NCBI GenBank assembly: GCA_013115145.1
Contig: JAAPAO010000109.1
Coordinates: 1-64,000, forward strand
Reading direction: 5' to 3'
Source of the DNA: Perkinsus chesapeaki ATCC PRA-425
Taxonomy: Eukaryota > Protista > Perkinsozoa
Length of the DNA: 64,000 nt
Below the pieces are notes generated by a model that saw only the letters and a program-made list of their open reading frames with translations, had not been told where the DNA came from and ran no database searches. The translations under genes and the position numbers were made by a program. How positions within the stretch are numbered: position 1 is the first letter of the stretch; every line of letters starts with the position of its first letter. This document shows, in pieces, positions 51,969 to 63,059 of the stretch.

Positions 51969-53196
51969 ATGTTTGGACAACAGATTAACGGTCCTGGAGC
52001 TGCAGCTACACTTATATTAGAGGATCAGATGAAACGAATAGTAACTAATGATGCCAGAATAAAGTAATAATAATTAGGGAAGGGTGTTTATTATTATACA
52101 CAAACAGGCATAAGGAGAAGATGGCTGGGCTAATACCTCGAGGGAATGATTCTCCATTTGGAGACTTTCCATCAGATTATAAGCCTCAAAGGAATCTTAT
52201 GAATACCATAGGCTTAGCTAGAGCTAGACCAAAGGTAATGTTAACTATACTATACAACTGAGTAATAACTATGTGGAACTATGTTAGAATATCGAACGAG
52301 TTGGTCCTAAAGGGCCAGCTAGACCAGATTGTATACCACCACCAATAGCTGGGGCATACCGTCGTAAACCTATTAAAGCTACAGAGTTTAGAAGGTTCTA
52401 TGATAGGGGGGATTTACCTATACAGGTGACAAGAGTGGCTTTAGGTAGGTGTAGTTGTTATTATTATAATAGATATCACATGCTGGTACATGGAATAAGA
52501 TAGCATGGAAAGTTGATATAGATAAGTTAGATTATCATCATTATTTACCTATATTCTTTGATGGTATAAGAGAGAAAGAAGAGCCTTATAGGTAGTATTA
52601 TCAACCCATATCATCATCACTTAACATCATATTATATAGGTTTCTAGCTGTACAAGGAGTATATGATTTATTAGAGAGAGGTGGTTCTAGAATATTACCT
52701 GTTATACCACAGCTTATTATACCTATTAAAACAGCTTTAAATACTAGAGATCCTGAGGTTATTGCTACTACATTAAAGGTAGTACTATTTTAAGTAGTCA
52801 GACTATATTGTTATTATTATTAATAGATGTTACAATCATTAGTCTTATCTGGTGATATGATAGGTGAGGCTTTAGTGCCTTATTATAGACAGATATTACC
52901 TATATTTAATATATTTAAGAATTCTAATATTCATTCCAAGGATAAAATGGACTATGGTAATACATAGTAGATGTAGCTTCTGAATTATGGTAATATGGTA
53001 GGTCAAAGGAAACGATTGGTATTGGGGGATCTAGTTGAAGAGACTCTAGAGATATTTGAGATACATGGTGGTGAGGATGCCTTCATTAATATTAAGTATT
53101 ATTATTATTACTGTCCTCCATTTAGTACATTGAAATCGCTGTTGTTGTAGGTATATGATACCAACATATGAATCAGTATGTGAAATAGATAAATAG
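51969..53196 (+). CDS. PACRG: Parkin co-regulated gene protein (axonemal inner-junction protein), multi-exon
   Basis: Exons spell [101 protein letters not shown] and [30 protein letters not shown], which are hallmark PACRG motifs. Confidence 0.95.
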
Positions 53197-53349
53197 ATGA
53201 TGAGATATTATTACATGTAATTAAATACCTTCACCCCCACCGCCGCCCCTCGGCTATTGTCGTAATAACAATGTAAAAGAAGAGAAGTGTTATTGTTATG
53301 AGTCGTCAATTAGTAGTAAAAAGTAGTATCTCTCGTAACATAAAAACAT

Positions 53350-56300
53350 ATGACAGCACAACCAGGCGTAGATGGGGACTCAAGCGATAACTTTAGAGCA
53401 AATGAGGTGAAGTTCCTACAGGAACAACATTCAGCTGTAAGGGAACTAGATGGGGTATAGAAAGGATGATAGTGCGGTGCATGGTAGGCAGTGGAAGCAT
53501 TAGCAAGGATAGAGGAACAAAGGGATGAGGCACGTGTTATAATAAAGGATTATGAAACTAATCAAGATACTGTTGAAAAGGAGTAACTATTAACGAGATA
53601 CTCGTGCTATTAAGATAAAGTGTAACAGATATGAAAGTGATCTTAAGGATTTAAGAGAATTAGAACAGGAAGAGAGAGAACAGAGGATACAATTACAACA
53701 GCATAATGAGAATATAAGAGAGGCTGCAGTTACTAATACTAATATTAAGGATATGAGTAATATACTACATAAGTAAGGGTGTACAGCAGTAAGGATACTT
53801 ACAGTTAAAAGTGAGGAGGATTCACTTGTTAAGTTGAAAGCAGAACAGAAAGGGAATGTAGCAGAGGAGATCAGATTAGAGGGTATTGCTGATGAGTTTA
53901 GGAATATGAAAAAACTCAATGAGGAACAAGTAATTGGCAATTGGGCGAGGGATAGTTATTAATAATGTAAAAAGGTTGTATTCATCGAGAATGAATCAGC
54001 CAAAGTGAGAGAGATGCTCCGTCAGACAGTTAAAGAGCAAGAACAGATAGCATCAGCAATAAAGAATATGGAAGCACAGGTGATGTGGAGATAGCTATAG
54101 TTGGGTATATAATGAGTAATAATAGGCTAAAGCTGAGATGGATACCTTAGAGGAGACATTGAAGAAAGAGAAAAAACGCAATACAGAACTATTGCAGCAA
54201 TGTCGACATAATGAGGTGGTGGTTTTTATGAGGGAAAGGGGAATAAGGAGTATAGTTGATAATTATGATAGGTAGCTGAGAGGAGAATGAGACAAGAAAT
54301 AACTGAAATGAGAAGATTATGTGATGAAGAGAGAAAGGAATTAGTTAGACTTGAGGTAGTAGTCCTCAGCTCGACCTACTACGGGTGGCTCATGTATCAC
54401 CAGCAGCAGCAGCACCGATGTTTGCCGAGTAGCGCAAGTGGTGCATATTGCATATTGTTACGTAGCCACTTTTTAGAATTAGAACACCGTTTGGAGCCTT
54501 CGGTGATCGTGGAGTGCTCAGGATCTGTCAGGCTATGCGAGATGGTTCAGCATACGAACATGAACAATATATAAAAGAGAAAGGAGATTTAGTTAGGCGT
54601 TTAGAGTTATTAAGGGATCAGAATGAGAAGTAGGTCATAACCAACTACAACGCAAGGTGTAGTAAGCAAGGCTTACTTATTATTCAGATACAGTGCATCG
54701 ATAACTGAGGTGGAGGCTAATAATGAGAAGGCACGAGAAAAGTATAACGAACAAGCTGACAAGTTCCGAGATATGGGAGACCAGGTGGGAGGCCAAGATG
54801 ATAGTAATATGAATATGTTTTAGTATATGTTAATATAGGTGTATCGGCTTATGGACCAACTACGAATGACACAATTAGAAAGACGCAAGAGGATAGAGTC
54901 GGTATCAGAGAGAAGAAAGAGAGCTGATCATTTAGAGAATGCCAATGCCCAATCATTGGCTAGAATACAGATTGAACATGAAGCTAGACAAAATGCTGAA
55001 GCTGCATTAAGGAAGGCTGAGCAAGTAGTCATTATCAGCAGCGGCATTATAACATATAGGTTGATGATATGCCAATGGTCATGTGAAAGGTGCTAAACCT
55101 TTTACGCAAGAAACAGAGGTCATTAGAAGAAACACATGTTATGGCAATAAGAGTTAAAGAAAAGACAGAAAGGGATGCTAGTCAACTTAAAGATAACGTA
55201 ATGATACTAAACTTCATAGGCCACAGGCGACCTCCTAATTTACTGTGGTTATTAGCTTACCGCACTTAACACAAGAAATCAATATCTTATTAATAGAGTA
55301 GATGGACAAGAGGAGGATTCATCAGCATTAAAACAACGAATAGCTGAGACACAGCGGGAACTTCACAAGCTACGACAGACTGTAAGTAGTGGTATTGGCG
55401 CGGATAAGTAGTGACTATGTATAGGACAAAGAATTGAGGGGACAGCTGCTCGTCAGTGAGGATGCCGAGGCTGAGCTATCAGCAGATATAGCTAAACTTG
55501 ATGCTGAGATAGACTTTGTAAAGAGAACGGATATGTTGGATGAGAATGGAAGAATGAAACCAATACAGATTGAAAGTGATGGATCAGATCTAGTCTCGAG
55601 ATTACAGGTCAAAATATAGAAGGATAAAATAGCAGATAAACTGAGCAGATAAATGAGTTCCTGTATAGAGCTCAACAAGAACCAAGAGAGGCAGTCGCTC
55701 TTATTATTGAGAAGCTATCTCATCTACTAGAACTAATACATGGTGCACAGAGTCAAGGCGATCAGTAAGCATCATTAGCATCATTAGAAGAAGAGGCATC
55801 TCTTATAATCTGGTATTTAGATATCTTGGTGATCTTGATCGGTCTAATGGGTATATGAATAGTTTAAGGAAGAAGAACAGAGAATTATTAGAAGATGTGG
55901 TTACACTTGAGAGGTTCCGTGGAAGGACACTTCTACAAGTATTACTCACGGCGTATTCTCGAGATGATAGCCTAGCGTAGGAAGTTTAGGTTATCACTAA
56001 CGCGCTTTCATGTACTGGTGGCAAAAAGCCTAATCTATTATTAAGAGGACTGGGATACACTGTCCCAGAGGTTTACGAGCTTATAAGGATGTTGCATGCG
56101 GCAGATAGTGCAGAAGATATTGAACTTATTGACTTGGCCAAAAATGGTAGGGTTCAATATGAGAATGGTATCCGGTTGCATCGGGTTTATCCATCAGATC
56201 TGAATGACGAGGCTATACCACTTGTATGTGAAATAATTAATATGTTATCCTATCTCAAGCAATTGGATGTATCAGAGAACTATATAACACCTGAAGGGGT

Positions 56301-56672
56301 TGGTAAATTAGCAGAGTTCATAAAAGGCATGGAAGGAGTGACGGCAATAATACAAGATGATGATAAAATAACAGCAAACTCTGGAGCACAGACCAGGATT
56401 CAAGTAGGAAGACTTTACAATATCCAAGCGAATCCATTTTAAACTTCAATTATCAGATAAGGATCGGTGACCAACGATTCTTGGATGAGACAGATATGAA
56501 AACTCAAAGGGTTATGGGGAGCGACCTTTCTGATCACAAGTCGGGGGGTGGACCAGAGAAGGCCATGGAACTCCTCAGTGATGCTGATACATTCTTAGAG
56601 AGTTCAGAACAAAAGCACAAAGGAGAGGCATCCAATGAGCTACCCCCTATTAAGCCTCCATCATCAACATGA
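53350..56672 (+). CDS. Long coiled-coil protein with a C-terminal leucine-rich-repeat-like segment, intron-rich
   Basis: E/K/R/Q-rich heptad exons (EYESDLKDLRELEQEEREQRIQLQQ; RKRADHLENANAQSLARIQIEHEARQNAEAALRKAEQ), then LNDEAIPLVCEIINMLSYLKQLDVSENYITPEGVGKL (LxxLdLsxN-type LRR). ATG 53350, stop 56672; internal junctions approximate. Confidence 0.7.
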
Positions 56673-57997
56673 TTCACTTCATTTCTGTAGCTGTATGCAA
56701 ATACATTGCTTGCGTTTGGTATAGCTCCATACTCTGAACTGCTTGGATCGTCTCATGGTGGGCTCTCATAGAAGAGCTGGGAGTGGTTTAGAGCTCTCCA
56801 CTTATACGCATTGCATCCCAGTAATGATTGAACGAGTTTGATATGTACGGTGAGATAGGCGGATTTTGATGTACCTCATAACAGTGCTTGAGATTCATTC
56901 TTGTTGAGGAATGCCGATGATTCCTCGGCGATGAATGCTTGCACGTCTGTCGATTCGACAGTTAGAAGTCTTTCATGAATAATCGGGCTACTCTCCTTTG
57001 AGTATTTCGTGAGCCACAAATCGTGACTGAAAACTAATCTGCATTTTCCTCGATAGGATATCGAGGAGACTTCCGTTCCGGTTCATACTTAGGTGAATCT
57101 GGCGGTTATGGTGTGCCGTGCTCCATGCATAACGTTACACGAGTAGAACGGCTCCACTGGAGCCCACTATAGATTACTGCGCGGCGCTGAGTAACTGTTA
57201 TTCGTGCAGAAGTCAGGTGCAGTCAGTGCGCTTGCAGTTATTGTCCGAGGCTCGTAGTATTGGTTGCTCTGCCTCAAGCTCCTTTTTTGTGTTATTCGGA
57301 CGATTCCATCAACTGATATGCGACACGTGACGGTGCGCGCACAGGTGCCACAACTAGCACAGCAGTGTTGTCTAATAGTTTGGTCACTCGATCTCTTCAC
57401 GAGAGTCTCTCGCATGATTTCTTAATGTCGCATGAGCATGGAATGGATCACGGGTTGTGTGAATCCTAACCTGAGGAGACTCCACAATCATTCCGATTTC
57501 ATAACGTTATTCTGTTGAGGGGTAAGTATTCCTCAGCAAGTGCTTGTTGTGCATGCGTACGGTTTACCGGGGCAACCGTACGGAGTGAATACTCTTTTGG
57601 AGTTACCTTGTACTTTTTCCAGGTTACCGGTTCCACTCGCCGTACTTTCAAAGAGACCCTCGCACACTCTGCCGGGTTCTGGGTCTAGAGGATTCCCTTT
57701 AGCCGTCAATCCAGCTTTGGTCAATTTTTCCTTCCATAATTGCGGCACAGCCGCGTTTGCTTCCCCGAAAATGTGGAGAATGGATGGCATCTATTGGATG
57801 CCCGTCAACAGACTATATGTCCTTGCGAAATGCCCCTAGTGTCGAGCGAATATCCTGTACAATGAGCACTTGTCGCAACGGGCAATATCGAATATTAATT
57901 TACGAGTTTTCAATTTCCATTGACTATCGGAACAGTTTGCTATACTTAAGGGGGTTTGCAATTATCGTATCTACCGGATTTTAGGGGCTTCTTGCAG

Positions 57998-58014
57998 CAA
58001 GAATCTTGCTCAAG
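57998..58014 (+). other. Possible relict spliced-leader fragment upstream of the subtilisin ATG
   Basis: ATCTTGCTCAAG at 58003-58014 versus the Perkinsus/dinoflagellate SL 3' end ATYTTGGCTCAAG (one G missing). It ends 5 nt before ATG 58020. Confidence 0.3.
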
Positions 58015-58019
58015 AAACG

Positions 58020-58934
58020 ATGCCAAGCTTCGCATCAACTCTCACCATCGCTATTGCTATGGAAGGCCGGTATGCGTATTATCCTAATGATGAATACTAT
58101 GACACCAAACAGAGGGCATACTTTAGTGCCATACGAGTTCCAGATGCATGGAGGAAGCTGCAAGGGCTCAAAAGAAGTTTCAGGACTATCGCTATAATCG
58201 ACTCTGGCATGGAGTCGACACATCCCGACTTGGAGGCTAATGCTGTGGTTGGGACAACCAGGCATGGGACAAAAGTGGCTGGTATCGCTGGGGCAGTTAT
58301 TAACAATAAGATAGGTATAGCTGGTCTCACAGATTACGTCAAGTTGATGCCGATTTACGATGGTGGACTTGAGACTGATGAAGCCACTTCTGCTTCTATT
58401 GAATACGCGGTTAACTCGCATGTAGATGTCATACTCTATACAGCAGGGCAACCTGCGCCATTTGGTGCTAAATCCGTCGCAGCCCTCAAGAAAGCTTCCG
58501 AGGCTGGTATCCCTTTTGTCTGTGCCGCCGGTAATAATAATCAGAATATCTCTAAACCTGAGCACATACGTTACCCCTGTGAATATACTAAAACCGTGGA
58601 TGTCGTTATATGTGTGGCTGCAACTACCGAGGATACAATGGACCTTCTATATACTAGCAACTATGCCCCCTTCATTGATGTGGCTGCTCTCGGAGATACT
58701 TACACAACATATGTCGGTAGGGATTATGGCAGCTGCTCTGGCACATCTGGTGCTGCTGCATTTATCGCTGGGGTGATAGCTATGATGAAAAGCGTATCCC
58801 AAGAGGCTTTAGATGGCCAGAGAATCAAGTCCATTATTAAAGAGACTAGCACTCCTGGAGTTAATAGGGGTGGCTTTCCCATGGTATTTGGAAGAGTGGA
58901 TGTCCTGTCAGCAGTAGAAAGAGTTATCGCTTAG
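58020..58934 (+). CDS. Subtilisin-like serine protease (S8), intronless, 304 aa
   Basis: Catalytic triad motifs IAIIDSG (Asp), RHGTKVAGIAGA (His) and SGTSGAAAFIAG (Ser); oxyanion Asn in AAGNNN; mature-domain start YPND..Q..YF..IRVPDAW. Confidence 0.92.
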   Translation: MPSFASTLTIAIAMEGRYAYYPNDEYYDTKQRAYFSAIRVPDAWRKLQGLKRSFRTIAIIDSGMESTHPDLEANAVVGTTRHGTKVAGIAGAVINNKIGIAGLTDYVKLMPIYDGGLETDEATSASIEYAVNSHVDVILYTAGQPAPFGAKSVAALKKASEAGIPFVCAAGNNNQNISKPEHIRYPCEYTKTVDVVICVAATTEDTMDLLYTSNYAPFIDVAALGDTYTTYVGRDYGSCSGTSGAAAFIAGVIAMMKSVSQEALDGQRIKSIIKETSTPGVNRGGFPMVFGRVDVLSAVERVIA

Positions 58935-59380
58935 CTCAGTATATTCTATCTCGATGTTCCGGGTTAGTTTCATACTAACCAATTTCCACATGAGTTAGAC
59001 TAGGATTGTTTATTGAACTGGCATTAGTATCTTTGGTTGCTTGAAGTGGTATAACATGGTGGATTGAGCACCATATCTTATATACATGTCAATCGCCTCA
59101 AATATAGGGCAGCCAACCCGATCGAACTCTCCAGAGAATGACTCAACGATCAATCGAGAAGAAATTGTGGCGGAACAAGCCAAAATGAACACATTTTTGG
59201 CGTGCTATACTTACGACACCGACTTTGACTAGAAGTCTCGAACACGGCGAATGGCCATCATCACATATGTAAATTAGCGATCTTACTCAGCCTAACACCT
59301 TGCTGCTGGATATACACTTTATTACACCAACAACACAAGGAATATACAGAATCAGAAACAAACTTGCATGTTTTCTTGTG

Positions 59381-61462
59381 TCAGGAAACACTTCTCGCCT
59401 CAATTCGTTTTTGCCATTTAATTTGACTTATCTTCTTAGCATGCTCTTTTCGTCTTATCTTAAGTCGTGTCATACCATCACTGACTATCTCTCTAATATA
59501 ATGTGCCTTTTCTCCATCAGATGACATATTCATCCATTCATCTTTTGATACTGGGCATATCTCGATACCAAGTCCTCTTAATAGGATATGTCGATACTTA
59601 CTCATAGCCGTCAGCTCACTGTACTCACCACCGTCATTAGTATCCCAACCACCACGATAAAAGTATTGACCTAATAGCAGTCCATTGAATATATAATCGT
59701 GCGGTATGAGCTATACTTTTTAATGGCTCTAAAGCAACACATTGCCGTACTGCTTGTAACCTCTCATCGCCATCCTTATCTAGTTTAGTCTGTGGTGTGC
59801 CGTCTGATGTACGTACGAAATCGACGAGAAACGGCCCAACGGTTATATTGAAATAGGTACGGTTGCAAACCTATGTGATGGAGTAATACGAGCAGCGATG
59901 ATGAGTATAGAGTATCTTCTTACTTGACCAGATATACGTCTTATATCTTGAGTCCATGGTGAAGGGGAAGCATCCCTACTTAAGTCTGCCACTTCAGCAT
60001 GTCTAACACGTAGTAATGTTTGCTGAGCTGATGGGCTTAGACTTGATACTGGGAAGGCACAGTGACCAATACGGAATGCTATTTCAAGACTCTGTTCAAG
60101 ATAGATGGTGAATCATGAGCAAGAGTGCTTTTGTACTACTTTTAAATGTATAAGACATTGTCTATCCTGATAAAGATCCGATTCATATCGTGCAACTTGG
60201 GCTAATAGTCTATCATAAGTAGCAGGTTTACCATAACAGAAATATCCAAGGCTAGCCAAAGCTCTACATGCCTTTAATAACGATATTCTATCTTCTATAC
60301 ATGATCCCAACGATCCTTCCAAACGAGTGAAGGTCCGCTCATCAAACATATCCAATAGGAATAAATGATAGCAAAGCTCAAGTGGGTTATTAGCATCATG
60401 AGCCTTTCTCAATACAGTAAGAATTAGATCTTTGAAGAATGAATTCCCTCTTGGACGGAGTCTTAGCCCAGCAAATAGGCCAAGTAACTCGGCTTGATCT
60501 GATGATGATAGTTTCAACCTCCACCGTCTGCCACTATGTAGGAATAAATATAATAAATTAGGTGTAGCATTGATGCTTGCAAAGGAACGTATTATAGATA
60601 GACGTTGTTGTGGGGATATCCTAACCACTTGGGTAGATAATTCCTCACATACAGCATCTAAGGCTGGGCCTCGAGAACGGAGCATACACAATGCCTCTAC
60701 CATATGTACCATTCTAACCCTTGATAACTGAGATACTCTACCCTTTATATCAAAATAACGATCCAATAGATGAAGTGCAGCTGGTGGGGCAATACCAATA
60801 GCAGCTAGTGACCTTAACATACTCCATGCATCTTGAGAGGAGCATTCCATAAACTGTTTGGCAAACTGCTCTTTACATATAACATTAGCAATACGACGAG
60901 GTAGGGCCGGTGGAGTAGGGCAGCCACGAAGGCTCAACTTAGCACATATACGTAGAGCATTGAGGAGTACATTTATATTAGCCATCTCATTTACTGTACT
61001 CTTCTTTAATGATGTATTATGAAGGCTATCCATAATAACCTGGGAGCATTGTTGTATCATATCATCAACAAACCCTTTTCCCAATGGTCTACTACTTGAT
61101 GATAATAATGCTAATGCTGATAAATAATCACTTGGTGAATCAGTTGATAAGAATAGTTTATGATGGTAATGTTGTAATATTAATTGCATATCATCATCAT
61201 TACTACTACCACCAGGTAAATGAAGATCCGTCATATTAGGTAAGATTGCCTCTAATACAGTCTGTATCCTCATTAATGGTATTCTATGATCCCCTCCACT
61301 ATTAGATATTATACGTATCTCATCAGCCAATTCTTTAATACTGCTATCATTCTTCTGCCTCACCAACCGACTGCTGCTACTACCCCCCGCTACTATACGC
61401 TTCCTTACTGCCCGTGTCACTGCTGCTGCTGCAGCTGGAGTAGTAGTAGGAGCAGGGACCAT
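59381..61462 (-). CDS. Helical-repeat (FASTK/HPR-like) protein with C-terminal RAP domain, probably mitochondrial
   Basis: Large first exon (ORF 60113-61471, ATG at 61462) with repeats LRSLAAIG, VEALCML, IRSFASI and CRALASLGY. Splicing continues to VGPFLVDF|LIPHDYIFNGLLLGQYFYR...SKYRHILLRGLGIEICPVSKDEW, which matches the RAP pattern (GPY.ID...EVDGPSHF...KHRLL..LGW.V..IPYFEW). Confidence 0.75.
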
Positions 61463-61585
61463 TATATACACTGCTTTCTACAACAGTATATAGTTTTATA
61501 ACGAAATCAATATAAATATTACAGAAACAACGTCAGCAACAGCAACAGCATCAGTAGCAGTAAGACATGCATATGGTGGTGGTGA

Positions 61586-62908
61586 TCATTTCTTAGTCAT
61601 TTTAAGTTTATATAAAGATCCATAATGTCCAAGATACAGTATTTCCTTTACATTGCCATCATCATTATTAAGTGGTTGCCCTGGACCATGTAGTATAAAT
61701 ATCCTTGGTAATGGACGATAACTTGATGCCCAATCTATTATATTATGTATCCATAATGATGCTTCATTCGGTGATGACCATGTTCGTTGTGGTGTTCGGG
61801 TTATAATAAGTGTTGGTGATTCAGGTGGTATATATTCCATTAATGTTGCTGCTGATACTATCCCCCCAGGTAGACTCCTTCTAGCTCTAGCTCGTCCAAT
61901 AGGATCTGCACATGCACCAAATACTCTACCACTATTATCATCACCCAATTGACGTGATGCTGATTCCTGTACTAATGTATCCCATAACTCTATAGACCCT
62001 GGGAATGCTTTAGGTTTCGAAACTGTTCTTGGGAATGAGTATACCCCTGGATCACATCGTTGAGCCCATTGTCTAGCCTCTATTAATATAGCACCACCAT
62101 CCTCACAGCAGTATGGATCTACCAATACATCCCTTCCTGGTACATAACGTGCCCCACATAGTGTAGCAGCTGCTACAGAGCTTCGTATATGTTTACCAGG
62201 GTAACGCTTATCCTCCCGGCTATTGGGCGATGGGGGCGAGGTGGACTGTCTAGAAGACTGGATGCCATCACAATGAGCATAATCTACCCAAAGTCCTACT
62301 CCTCCTCCTCCTCCACTACACTCCACATTGTCAGTTGCTGCAGTGTCTCCAAGTGTAGACAGATAAGGTGGGGTGACATAAAACATGAAGTTAGGATTAT
62401 CTCTAATAGGTGTTGGAATAGTATATGGATAGTTATTACGAAAGTATGATTGTATACCATGCCTCACTGCCCTCTGTACCTCAGCATCTCTCATACCACC
62501 AATACTACTGTAATCCCCATCAGATAACTTCACCCAGAATGATGATTCCGGCATAAATGAAGGTATTACATCTTTCAATGGTATATCATTCTTAACCCAT
62601 CTATATAAGGTATTCCTATCCCTACTGCATCTCCCATCACACCCTATAAGCCCTAGTACATTGTGTGCAACTCTCGATCGATATACAACCTTGAAAATAT
62701 CTTCAGGTGCTGCCGATGCCATAAATACCCCTTCATAATGCCGTTGTATATCCTTATTAACCTTCACAACTGGCAGCCCTAAGTTTTCCAGTTCAATATA
62801 CAGTGCATCAATCAAGAAGCGTGATGTCTTGGCTAGTACCGGACTTGGGAGATTGATGGAAGTGGATGGAAGGGTGGCTGCTGCTGCTGATGATGATGGT
62901 AATGGCAT
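61586..62908 (-). CDS. THUMP/RlmL-like RNA methyltransferase homolog with degenerate catalytic motifs, intronless, 440 aa
   Basis: LYIELENLG..EGVF..EDIFKVVYRSRVAHNVL resembles the RlmL N-terminus. IRSSVAAATL...LVDPYCCEDGGAILIEA resembles LKETLAAA...LLDPMCGSGTILIEA. The NPPY position appears as TRTPQ. Confidence 0.65.
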   Translation of the reverse strand: MPLPSSSAAAATLPSTSINLPSPVLAKTSRFLIDALYIELENLGLPVVKVNKDIQRHYEGVFMASAAPEDIFKVVYRSRVAHNVLGLIGCDGRCSRDRNTLYRWVKNDIPLKDVIPSFMPESSFWVKLSDGDYSSIGGMRDAEVQRAVRHGIQSYFRNNYPYTIPTPIRDNPNFMFYVTPPYLSTLGDTAATDNVECSGGGGGVGLWVDYAHCDGIQSSRQSTSPPSPNSREDKRYPGKHIRSSVAAATLCGARYVPGRDVLVDPYCCEDGGAILIEARQWAQRCDPGVYSFPRTVSKPKAFPGSIELWDTLVQESASRQLGDDNSGRVFGACADPIGRARARRSLPGGIVSAATLMEYIPPESPTLIITRTPQRTWSSPNEASLWIHNIIDWASSYRPLPRIFILHGPGQPLNNDDGNVKEILYLGHYGSLYKLKMTKK

Positions 62909-63059
62909 GAATTAGATAACTAGTAGAGTGTTATGCATAAATAACAGTTTATACTGTAATACTACTGCCGTGGATAAGATTAGGACATACTATCAATCCA
63001 ACAGTACTAATAAGGAATGGTAGGAAACAGTGATGACGTTGTTGTTGTTGTTAATAACA

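Noticed and set aside
56720-57840. Protein-like minus-strand reading with two in-frame TGA codons, plus short ORFs at 57167-57839
   Set aside because: No family recognised. It is more likely a decayed paralog or non-coding DNA than stop-codon recoding, since the subtilisin-flanking and other genes here (BBS4, coiled-coil/LRR) terminate at TGA normally.
59010-59290. Short minus-strand ORF with GT/AG signals downstream of the RAP gene
   Set aside because: No coherent start-to-stop model or motif.
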